A DNA stretch of 17,082 nucleotides. It comes from Halalkalibacterium halodurans (GTDB lineage Bacteria > Bacillota > Bacilli > Bacillales > Bacillaceae_D). The notes under the pieces are model-generated. The model searched no databases. It saw nothing but the letters and a program-made list of their open reading frames with translations, and had not been told where the DNA came from. The translations under genes were made by a program, and so were the position numbers. Location: NCBI RefSeq assembly GCF_004376175.1, contig NZ_SNUY01000001.1, forward strand, positions 138,485-155,566, given 5' to 3'. This document shows, piece by piece, positions 7,244 through 15,657 of the stretch (within the stretch, counting starts at the first letter, position 1; each line of letters starts with the position of its first letter).

Positions 7244-7276
7244 GGGAAACCTCCTTTAGATGCATTTACTTCTTTT

Positions 7277-7954
7277 TTATCCGGTCATTGATTCACGGGA
7301 TTGAAACAGTCTGACAGAAGGGCGCTTCTTCCAATGCTTCAAGACCAACAAGCCTGTGCCTATAGCATGCCCGAGGCGAAAGGAGAACATGCACACAAAC
7401 TTTGTTTTGGACACCTTGTGCTGATAATGGGGGAATACCGCTAATTTTGGCATCGTTTGTAGACGCATGAAATTCCCAATAAACCCGCAGAGTGTCCCTT
7501 TAAATGTCCAAACGACACCAAGAAGCATTCCGGTCCATACTGCATCACCAACTCCAATTTCACTCGACCATTCCAACTGATGTACACGAATCCGGCGCAA
7601 AAAACGACGAACAATACGGTAAAAACCGGCCACATGTCGAACGAAATCTTGGAATTCCTGGATATCTTTTAGGATCGTTTCAAAGCGTATTTTCCCTTTC
7701 TCACTCGAAGTGGTAGCTTCTCCCATCTTTTGATCCTCTTCCACAATAAAAGAACCGGACGAGACATCCACTTTAATCAAAGGGGCTGAAATCGTATAGG
7801 TAAACACTCTCCAGGCAGACATATGTACCTCTAGTAAATCATCATCACCATCATGATGATAACGGATCGTCACATTAATTTTTGTTATCGCAATGAACAG
7901 TCCAATAAGAAAGAGAATGATGCCTAGCCAAACAAGCCAACTCAAAATGTCCAC
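7277..7954 (-). CDS. ytfI: sporulation protein YtfI (DUF2953-type membrane protein)
   Basis: The 225-aa ORF has an N-terminal transmembrane helix (ILSWLVWLGIILFLIGLFIAI). Size and position upstream of ytfJ match B. subtilis ytfI. The start is GTG 7954, preceded by a purine-rich GAAGAGGAAG. The call rests mainly on synteny. Confidence 0.75.
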   Translation of the reverse strand: MDILSWLVWLGIILFLIGLFIAITKINVTIRYHHDGDDDLLEVHMSAWRVFTYTISAPLIKVDVSSGSFIVEEDQKMGEATTSSEKGKIRFETILKDIQEFQDFVRHVAGFYRIVRRFLRRIRVHQLEWSSEIGVGDAVWTGMLLGVVWTFKGTLCGFIGNFMRLQTMPKLAVFPHYQHKVSKTKFVCMFSFRLGHAIGTGLLVLKHWKKRPSVRLFQSRESMTG

Positions 7955-8002
7955 CCCGCTTCCTCTTCCCTTCTCAGGTCGCCCTTAGTATATACGAACA
8001 AA

Positions 8003-8039
8003 GGAAAAATAAACCTGCTCCCTCTATAAAAGGAGCAGG
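8003..8039 (-). terminator. rho-independent terminator of the sppA-yteJ operon
   Basis: A perfect 8-bp stem CCTGCTCC/GGAGCAGG (8014-8021 with 8032-8039) is followed on the minus strand by TTTATTTTTCC. It lies 6 nt after the stop at 8046-8048. Confidence 0.85.
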
Positions 8040-8045
8040 CTTCTG

Positions 8046-8582
8046 TTATGATTCTTCATGGACAACATACGTGTCAGCGATCATATCATGAATCCCTTGT
8101 TTTTTCCTCGTAAACGCCACCACTAGGTAAAGGAGGATAAACAGTGCGAATACTTGATGAAGAAAGCGCCCAACGACTTCACGGAACAGCACCTCTCCCC
8201 ATGAAAGGGGGCCTCCTTGTTGATTCACAACCTTCAACCCAAAAACCATCTTCCCAACGGTTTGACCATATTCTTTGGTCATAATGACATAATAAGCATA
8301 ACCGATCAAAGAGGCTAAAATAACTTCCAAGGACCAGACAGACAGTTGAATGTTCAGCCCAAACCAACGAAAGGTCGGATATACGACAATAGCATTAATA
8401 CTGAAAATCACCACAAGGTCAAGAAGAAAAGCCCAGAAACGCATCCAGAAGCCCGCATAACGAACCTGTGGTTCTTGTTCATCCATTTGAATCTCTTCTG
8501 GTGGGGAAGATTGCTCTTGAACAACCTCTTCTTTTTTCTGATGACGAAGCGAAAACCGTCGTCTCGGAATAGCTTGATCCAT
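8046..8582 (-). CDS. yteJ: RDD-family membrane protein (YteJ-like partner of SppA)
   Basis: The 178-aa ORF has the RDD layout: RYAGFWMRFWAFLLDLVV, then three transmembrane segments, ending in GIHDMIADTYVV. Its start lies 10 nt after the sppA stop, with a GGGGGAG SD inside the sppA 3' end. The arrangement is the same as the B. subtilis sppA-yteJ operon. Confidence 0.8.
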   Translation of the reverse strand: MDQAIPRRRFSLRHQKKEEVVQEQSSPPEEIQMDEQEPQVRYAGFWMRFWAFLLDLVVIFSINAIVVYPTFRWFGLNIQLSVWSLEVILASLIGYAYYVIMTKEYGQTVGKMVFGLKVVNQQGGPLSWGEVLFREVVGRFLHQVFALFILLYLVVAFTRKKQGIHDMIADTYVVHEES

Positions 8583-8592
8583 TATTCTCCCC

Positions 8593-9588
8593 CTATTCTG
8601 CGTATAAATATTGTAGAGTCGGCGTATTCGATTGGTTCAATAGCCGCTCGATGCTTTGGAGTTCATAGCTTGGTGACAAAAATCGATTCGTTGACATCGA
8701 GAAGAAGTCGTACAAGCCGAGAGAATGCTCGTACCTGATGACATTATAATCCGCGCCAAGATCTTCTTTCATCGACTCAATGACATCATCCAAACCGCCA
8801 AGCTCATCTACTAAACCTGTAGCCACCGCTTGACTACCCGTATAAATTCGACCATCTGCCAATTCCCGAACTTCTGTTTCAGACATTCCGCGGCCATCTA
8901 CGATCACTCGTACAAACTCATCGTACATTTCATCGACAAGCGTCTGTAAAATGTCTTCTTCCTCGTCTGTTACCTCACGTGTTTGCGATAGAATATCCTT
9001 ATATGGCCCACTTTTAAACGTGTTGAATTCGATTCCGAGGTTTTCAGCTAAACCTGAAATGTCGATCGACTGCATGATCACACCGATGGAACCTGTAATG
9101 GTTTGTGGATGGGCGTAGATTTTTGTAGCTGGTGCCGATATGTAGTAACCGCCTGACGCTGCCATATTTCCCATTGATACATATACCGGCTTCTCACTGT
9201 CCTGAACTATTTCCTCAACCTGCTTATGAATTTCTGCGCTTTCTAACACTCCACCACCTGGGGTATTCACTTGCAAAATGATTCCTGCTATATTTGGATC
9301 TTCGCCTGCTTTTTCTAGCTGCTTTAAAAAGTCGCGATGGTGATATACCCCAGTATTAAGTAGGGAAGGAGCTGATCCCGTATCTTGAATGACTCCCGAT
9401 AACTCCAAAATCGCGATGGACTTTCCAAAATCTGTACCTGTCTCAACGATTGTCTGCTTATACGACGTACCTGTTCCTACCCACTCGTCGACGTCCACCG
9501 CTGGACTCGAGACTAAACTTATGGCTGCCGACGCGACAAATAACATCGCCGCCGCAATTAAAGCTAACCACCTTTTTCGACTCATCAT
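8593..9588 (-). CDS. sppA: signal peptide peptidase SppA (36K type)
   Basis: The 331-aa ORF has an N-terminal membrane anchor. The Ser nucleophile context ([12 protein letters not shown]) and the catalytic Lys context (FKSGPYKD) are both present. A GAGGAG SD sits 9 nt upstream of the ATG. Confidence 0.9.
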   Translation of the reverse strand: MMSRKRWLALIAAAMLFVASAAISLVSSPAVDVDEWVGTGTSYKQTIVETGTDFGKSIAILELSGVIQDTGSAPSLLNTGVYHHRDFLKQLEKAGEDPNIAGIILQVNTPGGGVLESAEIHKQVEEIVQDSEKPVYVSMGNMAASGGYYISAPATKIYAHPQTITGSIGVIMQSIDISGLAENLGIEFNTFKSGPYKDILSQTREVTDEEEDILQTLVDEMYDEFVRVIVDGRGMSETEVRELADGRIYTGSQAVATGLVDELGGLDDVIESMKEDLGADYNVIRYEHSLGLYDFFSMSTNRFLSPSYELQSIERLLNQSNTPTLQYLYAE

Positions 9589-9723
9589 GACGTTTCACTC
9601 CTCACCGTACTGCTATTTCAACGGTAATCATAACATAAATAGAAAAATAAGACACTTATCATTGGATGAATGTCTCCAAGCAGGTTATGATGTAAGGGAG
9701 GAATTTATTCTTGGAAGGGAACG

Positions 9724-10527
9724 ATGAGGATGGAAGACAAAAACAACATCTACTTTTTTTACAAACACACCAAGTCGATGCAAGAAACGGTGGAGCCGCT
9801 CAAACAACTCGCCACCTCTCAAGGATTGAACGTTGTCGATGATGTTCAAAAAGCGAATATTATCGTCAGTGTTGGTGGAAATAATGCCTTTTTGCAAGCA
9901 ACACGTAAAACGAATTTTCGTTCCGATTGCCTTTATGTAGGCGTGAGCACAGATCGTGAAGGATTTTATCCCGATTTTACGATCAATGAAATAGATAAAA
10001 TGTTTGAAGCATTTGAAAATCAAAATATAGAAGTGAAAAGACTTTCAACGCTTGAGGTTACCATTGACGATGAAAAACCGTTCTACTGCTTAAATGAATG
10101 CTCGATTCGCTCCAACGTGATTAAAACGTTTGTCTTAGAAGTATTCATTGATGACATGCATTTTGAGACGTTCCGCGGCGACGGGATGATTGTATCCACA
10201 CCAACTGGAAGCACCGCATACAACAAATCGGTACGGGGAGCAGTTGTTGATCCACGACTTCCATCCTTACAAGTAAGCGAAATCGCTTCCTTAAATAACA
10301 ATACGTATCGAACGCTCGGGACATCGTTTCTTCTAAGTGGAGACCGAACACTCCGCTTGAAAGTGGTTCAAGACGGCAATGATTTCCCGATTATCGGAGC
10401 CGACAATGAAGCCTTGAGCATCCGTCACGCAGAGGATATTAAAATTCGCCTTTCGGACAAGCAAGTAAAAGTGTTGAAGTTGAAAGACAATACATTCTGG
10501 CACAAAGTGCAGCGAAACTTCTTATAA
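9724..10527 (+). CDS. ppnKB: NAD kinase paralog (PpnKB/YtdI type) with a degenerate GGDG motif
   Basis: The 267-aa ORF is colinear with B. subtilis YtdI as I recall it (MEDKNNIYFF versus MTDQRRNVYFF). It carries CLNECSIRS, FRGDGMIVSTPTGSTAYNKS and EIASLNNNTYRTLG. The ATP-loop reads VGGNNAF instead of GGDGTF. The start is probably ATG 9730, the second Met. Confidence 0.85.
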   Translation: MRMEDKNNIYFFYKHTKSMQETVEPLKQLATSQGLNVVDDVQKANIIVSVGGNNAFLQATRKTNFRSDCLYVGVSTDREGFYPDFTINEIDKMFEAFENQNIEVKRLSTLEVTIDDEKPFYCLNECSIRSNVIKTFVLEVFIDDMHFETFRGDGMIVSTPTGSTAYNKSVRGAVVDPRLPSLQVSEIASLNNNTYRTLGTSFLLSGDRTLRLKVVQDGNDFPIIGADNEALSIRHAEDIKIRLSDKQVKVLKLKDNTFWHKVQRNFL

Positions 10528-10535
10528 TGACTGAG

Positions 10536-10564
10536 AGGGAGCCACTCGGATCGAATGGCTCCCT
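10536..10564. terminator. shared terminator between convergent ppnKB and ytcJ
   Basis: A perfect 9-bp stem AGGGAGCCA/TGGCTCCCT (10536-10544 with 10556-10564) lies between the two stop codons (10525-10527 and 10570-10572). TTTATCC follows on the plus strand. The U-tract is poor on the minus strand. Confidence 0.7.
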
Positions 10565-10569
10565 TTATC

Positions 10570-12168
10570 CTATGCCTGAAAGACAATCGCCTCACCGATA
10601 ACCGTCTTTTCTACTCGTGTCGTTAAAAGTTCTTCCTCCCTGCACGTGAACAAGTTTCGGTTTAACATCGTAAAATCAGCGACATAGCCAGGCCGAATGT
10701 TTCCGCGCTCATGTTCCCGCTCAATTGCATAAGCGCTTCCTGTCGTATAAAGCTGTAACGCCTCATAACGTGTCAACTTCTCCTCCGGCAAGTATCCTTC
10801 ATGTTGATCGGTCGCCTTTTTTCGTGCCACAGCGGCATAAATTCCATAAAGAGGATCCACCTCTTCGATCGGCGCGTCCGATCCTCCTGCTAGTGCCATC
10901 CCTGACCTCAGCAACGTTTTCCAAGCAAATGAGTACGAAAGCCTCTCATTGCCGAGCCTTTCTTCGACCCAAGGAAAGTCGGCTGGAACAAAAGCTGGCT
11001 GAATATCTAAGATGACCTTTAGTTTTTTCATTCGCTCAACCAAAGACGGAGGAGTGACCTGTGTATGAATCAATCGATCTCGTCCTTCGGTGACAGGGTG
11101 GGCTTCGATGGATGTGATGGCCATTCTGAGCGCCTCATCCCCTATCGTATGAATCGCTACAGGAAGTTTGTATTGGCGTGCTTTTTTGATAAGGTTCGTT
11201 AATTGCTCCTGCGTATGAATAGCGACACCTGAAGTTGTTGGGGCATCACAATATGGCTCGCTTAAAAGAGCCGTCCGACCACCAAAGGCTCCATCGGCAA
11301 AAATTTTCATCGCTCCAAACTCTAACCATTCACCTACAGGCCCTTTGCAATATCCCGCTTTTATCATGTCATCAATCACTTCATGATGAACGAGCAAATG
11401 AGCTCGAAATCGTCTCGTATTTCCATCAATTACTCTCTGAAAGGTTGCAAAGGTTTGATTGAATCCAAGGTAATAGCCTAAATCCTCCGTATGTCCTCCA
11501 ACTAATCCTTTTGCCACCATATCATCTACCGCTGCTGCCAACGCTCGTTCTAAGTAAGCTGCTGAAACAGATGGCGCTACTCGCTTGACGAGCTCTTGGG
11601 CCGTGTCAAGGAAATACCCAGTCGGTTCACCGAGCTCATCTCGGACGATTCGGCCTCCCGGAGGATCTGCTGTATCCTTCGAAATCCCTGCTAGCTGCAG
11701 CGCTTTCGAATTGACGAGAATCGCGTGGCGACAGACTCGTGTCAAAATCATCGGATGATTCGGTGCGATCTCGTCTAACTCGTTACGATGAAAAATTTTC
11801 TGATCAGGAAAGTTATTCTCATTCCATCCTTCTGCTGTTACCCAGTCTCCCTCTTCTGTGAGGGCCACTCGCTCCATTAGCTTTTCACGCATGTCTTCTG
11901 CGTTCATTACTGTCGACAAATCTAAACGTAAAAGCTTTTCCCCATGACCGATCATGTGGAGATGGCTGTCAACAAATCCGGGATATACGTAAGCCCCATC
12001 ACAATTCATCTCCTGATTGATGCGTGTGCGATATTTCTGCCGTAATTCTTCAGCTGTTCCTATCGCGACAATTTTTCCGTCTTCTGTAAAAACGGCCTCC
12101 ACTTGATCGCCTTCATGCACCATCGTAAAAAAAGTACCATTCCACCAAAGAGTCCCCATCGCCTGCAT
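10570..12168 (-). CDS. ytcJ: amidohydrolase-family metallo-hydrolase (YtcJ type)
   Basis: The 532-aa ORF has the metal-binding motif PGFVDSHLHMIGHG, plus AIHTIGD and GGSDAPIE motifs. Size and position match B. subtilis ytcJ. The second ATG (12159, MGTLWWNG...) sits 9 nt after AAAGGAAAGGA, whereas the first ATG abuts that SD. The true start is therefore probably 12159. Confidence 0.85.
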   Translation of the reverse strand: MQAMGTLWWNGTFFTMVHEGDQVEAVFTEDGKIVAIGTAEELRQKYRTRINQEMNCDGAYVYPGFVDSHLHMIGHGEKLLRLDLSTVMNAEDMREKLMERVALTEEGDWVTAEGWNENNFPDQKIFHRNELDEIAPNHPMILTRVCRHAILVNSKALQLAGISKDTADPPGGRIVRDELGEPTGYFLDTAQELVKRVAPSVSAAYLERALAAAVDDMVAKGLVGGHTEDLGYYLGFNQTFATFQRVIDGNTRRFRAHLLVHHEVIDDMIKAGYCKGPVGEWLEFGAMKIFADGAFGGRTALLSEPYCDAPTTSGVAIHTQEQLTNLIKKARQYKLPVAIHTIGDEALRMAITSIEAHPVTEGRDRLIHTQVTPPSLVERMKKLKVILDIQPAFVPADFPWVEERLGNERLSYSFAWKTLLRSGMALAGGSDAPIEEVDPLYGIYAAVARKKATDQHEGYLPEEKLTRYEALQLYTTGSAYAIEREHERGNIRPGYVADFTMLNRNLFTCREEELLTTRVEKTVIGEAIVFQA

Positions 12169-12350
12169 TCCTTTCCTTTATCAGCGTTCTATCTTCCTTT
12201 ATCTTGCCAAAACAACTGGCCGATTGACAAGGGCAGGCAGAGATCCTCGCGCCTTTCTCTCTGGGCATAGACCTGTTAAATGTACCACTGACTGAACAGC
12301 CATTAGTGATAGAAATCACTGTTCTAAAGAAAGTATCTATCTAAAAAGTG

Positions 12351-12390
12351 AAAAAGGTTGTGCCCACTCTTTAGGCATCAACCTTTTTCG
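12351..12390 (-). terminator. rho-independent terminator of ytcI
   Basis: The stem AAAAAGGTTG-TGCC ... GGCA-t-CAACCTTTTT (12351-12364 with 12374-12390) is followed on the minus strand by a T-rich run. It begins 3 nt after the stop at 12394-12396. Confidence 0.8.
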
Positions 12391-12393
12391 TTG

Positions 12394-13995
12394 TTACTGT
12401 GCCCTCAATTGCTCTTGTTGTCTTAATTCGATACGCCTAATTTTTCCGGAAATAGTCTTCGGTAGCGACTCGACAAACTCCACTTTTCTTGGGTATTTGT
12501 ATGGAGCGGTGTGCGCTTTCACATGATCTTGCAACTCTTTGCTGAGCGCTTCCTTATCTAGATTCGTGGAATCATTCAGAACGATATACGCTTTCACAAC
12601 GGCTCCGCGATCTTCATCGGGACTCGCGACAACCGCACATTCCTTTACCGCTGGATGTTTCGTCAAAGCATCCTCTACTTCAAACGGTCCGATCGTATAA
12701 CCTGAACTAATAATAATATCGTCACTGCGCCCCTCAAACCAGAAAAAGCCATCCTCATCCATTCTTGCTAGATCCCCTGTAATGTAGTAGTCTCCACGAA
12801 ACGCTTGAGCGGTCCGCTCAGGCTCCCGATAATATTCCTTGAATAAAGCAGCCGCATCCTTATGTACGGCAATCTCTCCGACTTCGTGAGGGGCCACAGG
12901 CTGACCATCCTCATTCACGATGACGACTTGCCCTTCAAGTGTTGGCTTCCCCATCGATCCTGGTCGCTGTTCCATGCCAATCATCGTCCCGACTAAAAGC
13001 GTGTTCTCGGTCTGCCCATAACCGTCCCTTACGTTGATCCCAAACGTGTCTCGGAACGTCTCAATGACCTTTCGACTCAGCGGCTCTCCCGCGGACACCG
13101 CGCTGTGCAAATGGGGAAAACGGTAGCGATTGAGATTGTCTACTTTCGCCATAAAACGATATTCTGTTGGCGTACAGCATAGAACATTGATGTTTTCTTT
13201 CTCTAACAAGGCTAAATACTCGTTCGGATCAAAAGGACCATTGTAGACAAACGCGGTTGCCCCTAGACCGATCGTTGATAAAAACGGGCTCCACACCCAT
13301 TTTTGCCATCCAGGAGCAGCCGTTGCCCAGACGAGATCCCCTTCACGGACGCCAAGCCAATGTTTCGCTGCTGTTTGCAAATGAGCATAAGCCCAACCGT
13401 GGGTATGGACAACCCCTTTTGGATTACCTGTTGTTCCCGAGGTGTAAGGCAAAAACGCCATTTCGTCCCGTCTTGTTTTCACACCCTCAAAGGAAACGCT
13501 TTCATTCCTTGCAACATCTTCTAGCGATTCCCATCCTGATTTTGTGCCTGAAATAACCCATTTATACTGTAGTGAAGGAAGAGGAACACTCATGCTGTCA
13601 ATTTCATCGGTTGCTTGAACATGGGCGATGATGGCTTTTGCTTCTGAATGTTGAATTCGATAAACAAAGTCGTTGGCCCGAAGCATGTTGGAACAAGGAA
13701 TAATAACAATTCCCGCCTTTAAACAGGCTAAATAGCAATAATACGCTTCTGGAATTCTTGGTACCACCACAAGCACTTTGTCTCCCCGCTTAAGTCCGCA
13801 CTTGGTTAACGCATTCGCATATTGATGAACGGTATTCATTAACTCGGCATACGAAATGTCTTTCCGATGACCCTTATCATCTAAAAATCGAATGGCGAGT
13901 CGGTTTACGTCCCTTGCAAATACGTCAAGTTCCTCCGTCAGATTGTATTCTTCCGGTGCCATGTGTTCCACTTTCATAGCGCTCCCCCTTTTCAT
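12394..13995 (-). CDS. ytcI: AMP-forming acyl-CoA synthetase (YtcI type)
   Basis: The 533-aa ORF has the AMP-binding signature LPYTSGTTGNPKGV. It also has YGQTE, GDLARMDEDGFFWFEGRSDD and the C-terminal catalytic Lys context SGKIRR. Promoter geometry (next feature) favours the second Met (ATG 13977, MKVEHMAPEE) as the start. Confidence 0.85.
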   Translation of the reverse strand: MKRGSAMKVEHMAPEEYNLTEELDVFARDVNRLAIRFLDDKGHRKDISYAELMNTVHQYANALTKCGLKRGDKVLVVVPRIPEAYYCYLACLKAGIVIIPCSNMLRANDFVYRIQHSEAKAIIAHVQATDEIDSMSVPLPSLQYKWVISGTKSGWESLEDVARNESVSFEGVKTRRDEMAFLPYTSGTTGNPKGVVHTHGWAYAHLQTAAKHWLGVREGDLVWATAAPGWQKWVWSPFLSTIGLGATAFVYNGPFDPNEYLALLEKENINVLCCTPTEYRFMAKVDNLNRYRFPHLHSAVSAGEPLSRKVIETFRDTFGINVRDGYGQTENTLLVGTMIGMEQRPGSMGKPTLEGQVVIVNEDGQPVAPHEVGEIAVHKDAAALFKEYYREPERTAQAFRGDYYITGDLARMDEDGFFWFEGRSDDIIISSGYTIGPFEVEDALTKHPAVKECAVVASPDEDRGAVVKAYIVLNDSTNLDKEALSKELQDHVKAHTAPYKYPRKVEFVESLPKTISGKIRRIELRQQEQLRAQ

Positions 13996-14009
13996 TCCAC
14001 TTCCTCACC

Positions 14010-14038
14010 ATTATACTGAATTCATTTTTTATTTTGAA
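14010..14038 (-). promoter_or_regulatory. sigma-A promoter of ytcI
   Basis: The minus strand reads TTCAAA (14038-14033), an exact 17-nt spacer, then a perfect TATAAT (14015-14010). The -10 element ends only 14 nt before ATG 13995. Confidence 0.6.
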
Positions 14039-14084
14039 TATTTTATACAAAAAAATAATATGACATGGAAAGATAAGATACGCG

Positions 14085-14110
14085 AAAGGGAGCGGTTTCC
14101 CGCTCCCTTT
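14085..14110. terminator. terminator hairpin downstream of the SASP gene
   Basis: A perfect 11-bp stem AAAGGGAGCGG/CCGCTCCCTTT (14085-14095 with 14100-14110) has a 4-nt loop. It lies 17 nt after the stop at 14128-14130. On the minus strand the U-run is only the three T residues within the stem end. Confidence 0.7.
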
Positions 14111-14127
14111 TCAAGCCATTTATTTTG

Positions 14128-14334
14128 TTATTGTTGTTGGAACCCACCCATTTGTTGTTCAGCCATAGCTACGAGACGCTTTGTGATCTCACCACCAACT
14201 GAACCGTTCGCACGAGAAGTTGTGTCAGCACCAAGCTGTACGCCAAACTCTTGTGCAATTTCTGTTTTCATTTGATCAAGTGCTTGTTGAACACCAGGAA
14301 CCACTAATTGGTTAGAGTTGTTTGATCTTGCCAT
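14128..14334 (-). CDS. sspA: alpha/beta-type small acid-soluble spore protein
   Basis: I trimmed the 85-aa track ORF to the Met preceded by AAAGGAGGTGA. The resulting 68-aa protein is [61 protein letters not shown]. It carries both conserved alpha/beta SASP blocks, including the germination-protease site region. It sits between thiI and ytcI, as sspA does in B. subtilis. Confidence 0.9.
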   Translation of the reverse strand: MARSNNSNQLVVPGVQQALDQMKTEIAQEFGVQLGADTTSRANGSVGGEITKRLVAMAEQQMGGFQQQ

Positions 14335-14357
14335 GTGTCTCACCTCCTTTGTACCTA

Positions 14358-14387
14358 TAGAATGATTCTCAGAGGTGAAAAACATGC
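14358..14387 (-). promoter_or_regulatory. sigma-G (forespore) promoter of the SASP gene
   Basis: The minus strand reads GCATG (14387-14383), an 18-nt spacer, then CATTCTA (14364-14358). This fits the sigma-G consensus GHATR-N17/18-CAHWHTA. It lies about 20 nt upstream of the SD. Confidence 0.7.
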
Positions 14388-14427
14388 AAACAACGAACTG
14401 GTAATTAATGAGATTGTAAAAGGGTCG

Positions 14428-15657
14428 CTAGAGTAGCTCATCCATCTCTGTTTTTGAGACTGCTGCTTCGCTTTTAATCACCATGGTTTCTGTCCCCTCA
14501 ATTGCTGCTTGAACGTACGCTTCTGTTTCGACGAATTGCTCAAATTTCTCTGCTTGTTGACGCGTCGGCTTCGTCTTTGAATCTGGAGGAAGAAAAATCG
14601 TGCAGCAATCTTCATACGGTAAAATGGAAATATTAAAGGTGTCGATTTCTTTCGCAACCGTAATGACTTCTTCTTTATCCATCGTAAGGAGTGGCCGGAG
14701 CACAGGGGTGTTCGTCACTTCATTGATCGTATTCATGCTGTGCAATGTTTGACTTGCAACCTGTCCTAGACTTTCCCCTGTTGCAATCGCAAGCGCATCT
14801 ATCTTTTTCGCAATGCCTTCACTGATCCGCAGCATCATCCGCCGCATAATCGTCATCTCCATATTCGATGGCACCTTTTCATGAATGTGCTTCTGCAGTT
14901 CTGTGAATGGAACGATATGCAGCTTCACTTGACCCCCGAAATTCGTTAGCTTGGCCGCTAAATCCACCACTTTTTGCTTGGCTTTTTCATTCGTAAAAGG
15001 CGGGCTATGAAAATGAATCGCTTCAAGAGTAACCCCGCGCTTCAACAAATAATAACCTGCCACTGGACTATCAATTCCGCCCGAAAGCATTAATAAGACT
15101 TTTCCACTTGTCCCAACTGGCAAGCCGCCAAGTCCTTTAAATTCACCTGTCATAATGTATGTCCCGCTTTCCCGTACCTCCACCTTAATTTCCACATCAG
15201 GTGAATGTACATCGACGCTGATTTGATCCGTGTTCGCCAGGACAAAGCCGCCTAAATGATGATTCAACTCAGAAGAGGAAATCGGAAATGGCTTATAAGC
15301 TCGTCTCGCATTAATTTTAAACGTTCGTACCTCTCCTTCGCTCGCTTGTAACGCGTGAAGAGCGGCCTGTTTCATCTTGTCCAGTTCGTTCGTAACGCGA
15401 ATGGCTAAGCTAAAAGAGTGAATCCCAAAAATTTTCCGTAGCTTGTCTTTAATTGGCACTGGATCTTCGCCGTTTAGTCCGAGTAAAATTCTCCCGAACG
15501 TCCGATGATACGTCAACCGAGGAAACGACGGCTTTAGCACCGAGCGAATATTTTGCACTAACTGTTTTTCAAACATATGACGGTTTTTTCCTTTTAAGGC
15601 GAGCTCACCATAGCGTATTAAAATATGGTCAAAAGTTAACATGGTCCTATTGTACAA
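14428..15657 (-). CDS. thiI: tRNA 4-thiouridine(8) synthase / thiamine sulfur-transfer protein ThiI
   Basis: The protein has the N-terminal ferredoxin-like/THUMP region ([17 protein letters not shown]) and the PP-loop [14 protein letters not shown]. It lacks a rhodanese domain, as in Bacillus. The track starts at TTG 15657, which overlaps nifZ by 11 nt. ATG 15642 ([13 protein letters not shown]) aligns better with Bacillus ThiI N-termini and would leave a 4-nt gap. Confidence 0.95.
   Translation of the reverse strand: MYNRTMLTFDHILIRYGELALKGKNRHMFEKQLVQNIRSVLKPSFPRLTYHRTFGRILLGLNGEDPVPIKDKLRKIFGIHSFSLAIRVTNELDKMKQAALHALQASEGEVRTFKINARRAYKPFPISSSELNHHLGGFVLANTDQISVDVHSPDVEIKVEVRESGTYIMTGEFKGLGGLPVGTSGKVLLMLSGGIDSPVAGYYLLKRGVTLEAIHFHSPPFTNEKAKQKVVDLAAKLTNFGGQVKLHIVPFTELQKHIHEKVPSNMEMTIMRRMMLRISEGIAKKIDALAIATGESLGQVASQTLHSMNTINEVTNTPVLRPLLTMDKEEVITVAKEIDTFNISILPYEDCCTIFLPPDSKTKPTRQQAEKFEQFVETEAYVQAAIEGTETMVIKSEAAVSKTEMDELL

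Noticed and set aside
7955-8002. I searched upstream of ytfI for a forespore (sigma-F/G) or mother-cell (sigma-E) promoter, because ytfIJ are sporulation genes.
   Set aside because: Only partial matches were found (GTATA at a possible -35, TATACT as a possible sigma-A -10), without a correctly spaced partner element. I am not confident enough to annotate a promoter there.
9711-9842. A 43-codon TTG ORF lies 9 nt downstream of a very strong SD (AAGGGAGGAA, 9694-9703) and overlaps the NAD kinase start out of frame.
   Set aside because: The product (MEGNDEDGRQKQHLLFLQTHQVDARNGG...) is not protein-like, and it is simply the +2 frame of the kinase gene. I cannot assess conservation. It is probably a fortuitous SD near the transcript 5' end. 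It would be worth revisiting only if ribosome profiling shows initiation there.
12169-12350. The roughly 180-nt leader upstream of ytcJ has several hairpins (AGTGAT/ATCACT at 12307-12322, CAGAGA/TCTCTG at 12239-12263, CTTGTCAA/TTGGCAAG at 12203-12230). I checked whether it could be a riboswitch.
   Set aside because: I compared it by eye with core motifs of T-box, SAM, TPP, FMN, lysine, purine, glycine, guanidine-I, ZTP, cobalamin, c-di-GMP and fluoride elements. None matched. No terminator/antiterminator pair precedes the start codon. The embedded track ORF 12113..12319(-) has no SD and an implausible sequence.
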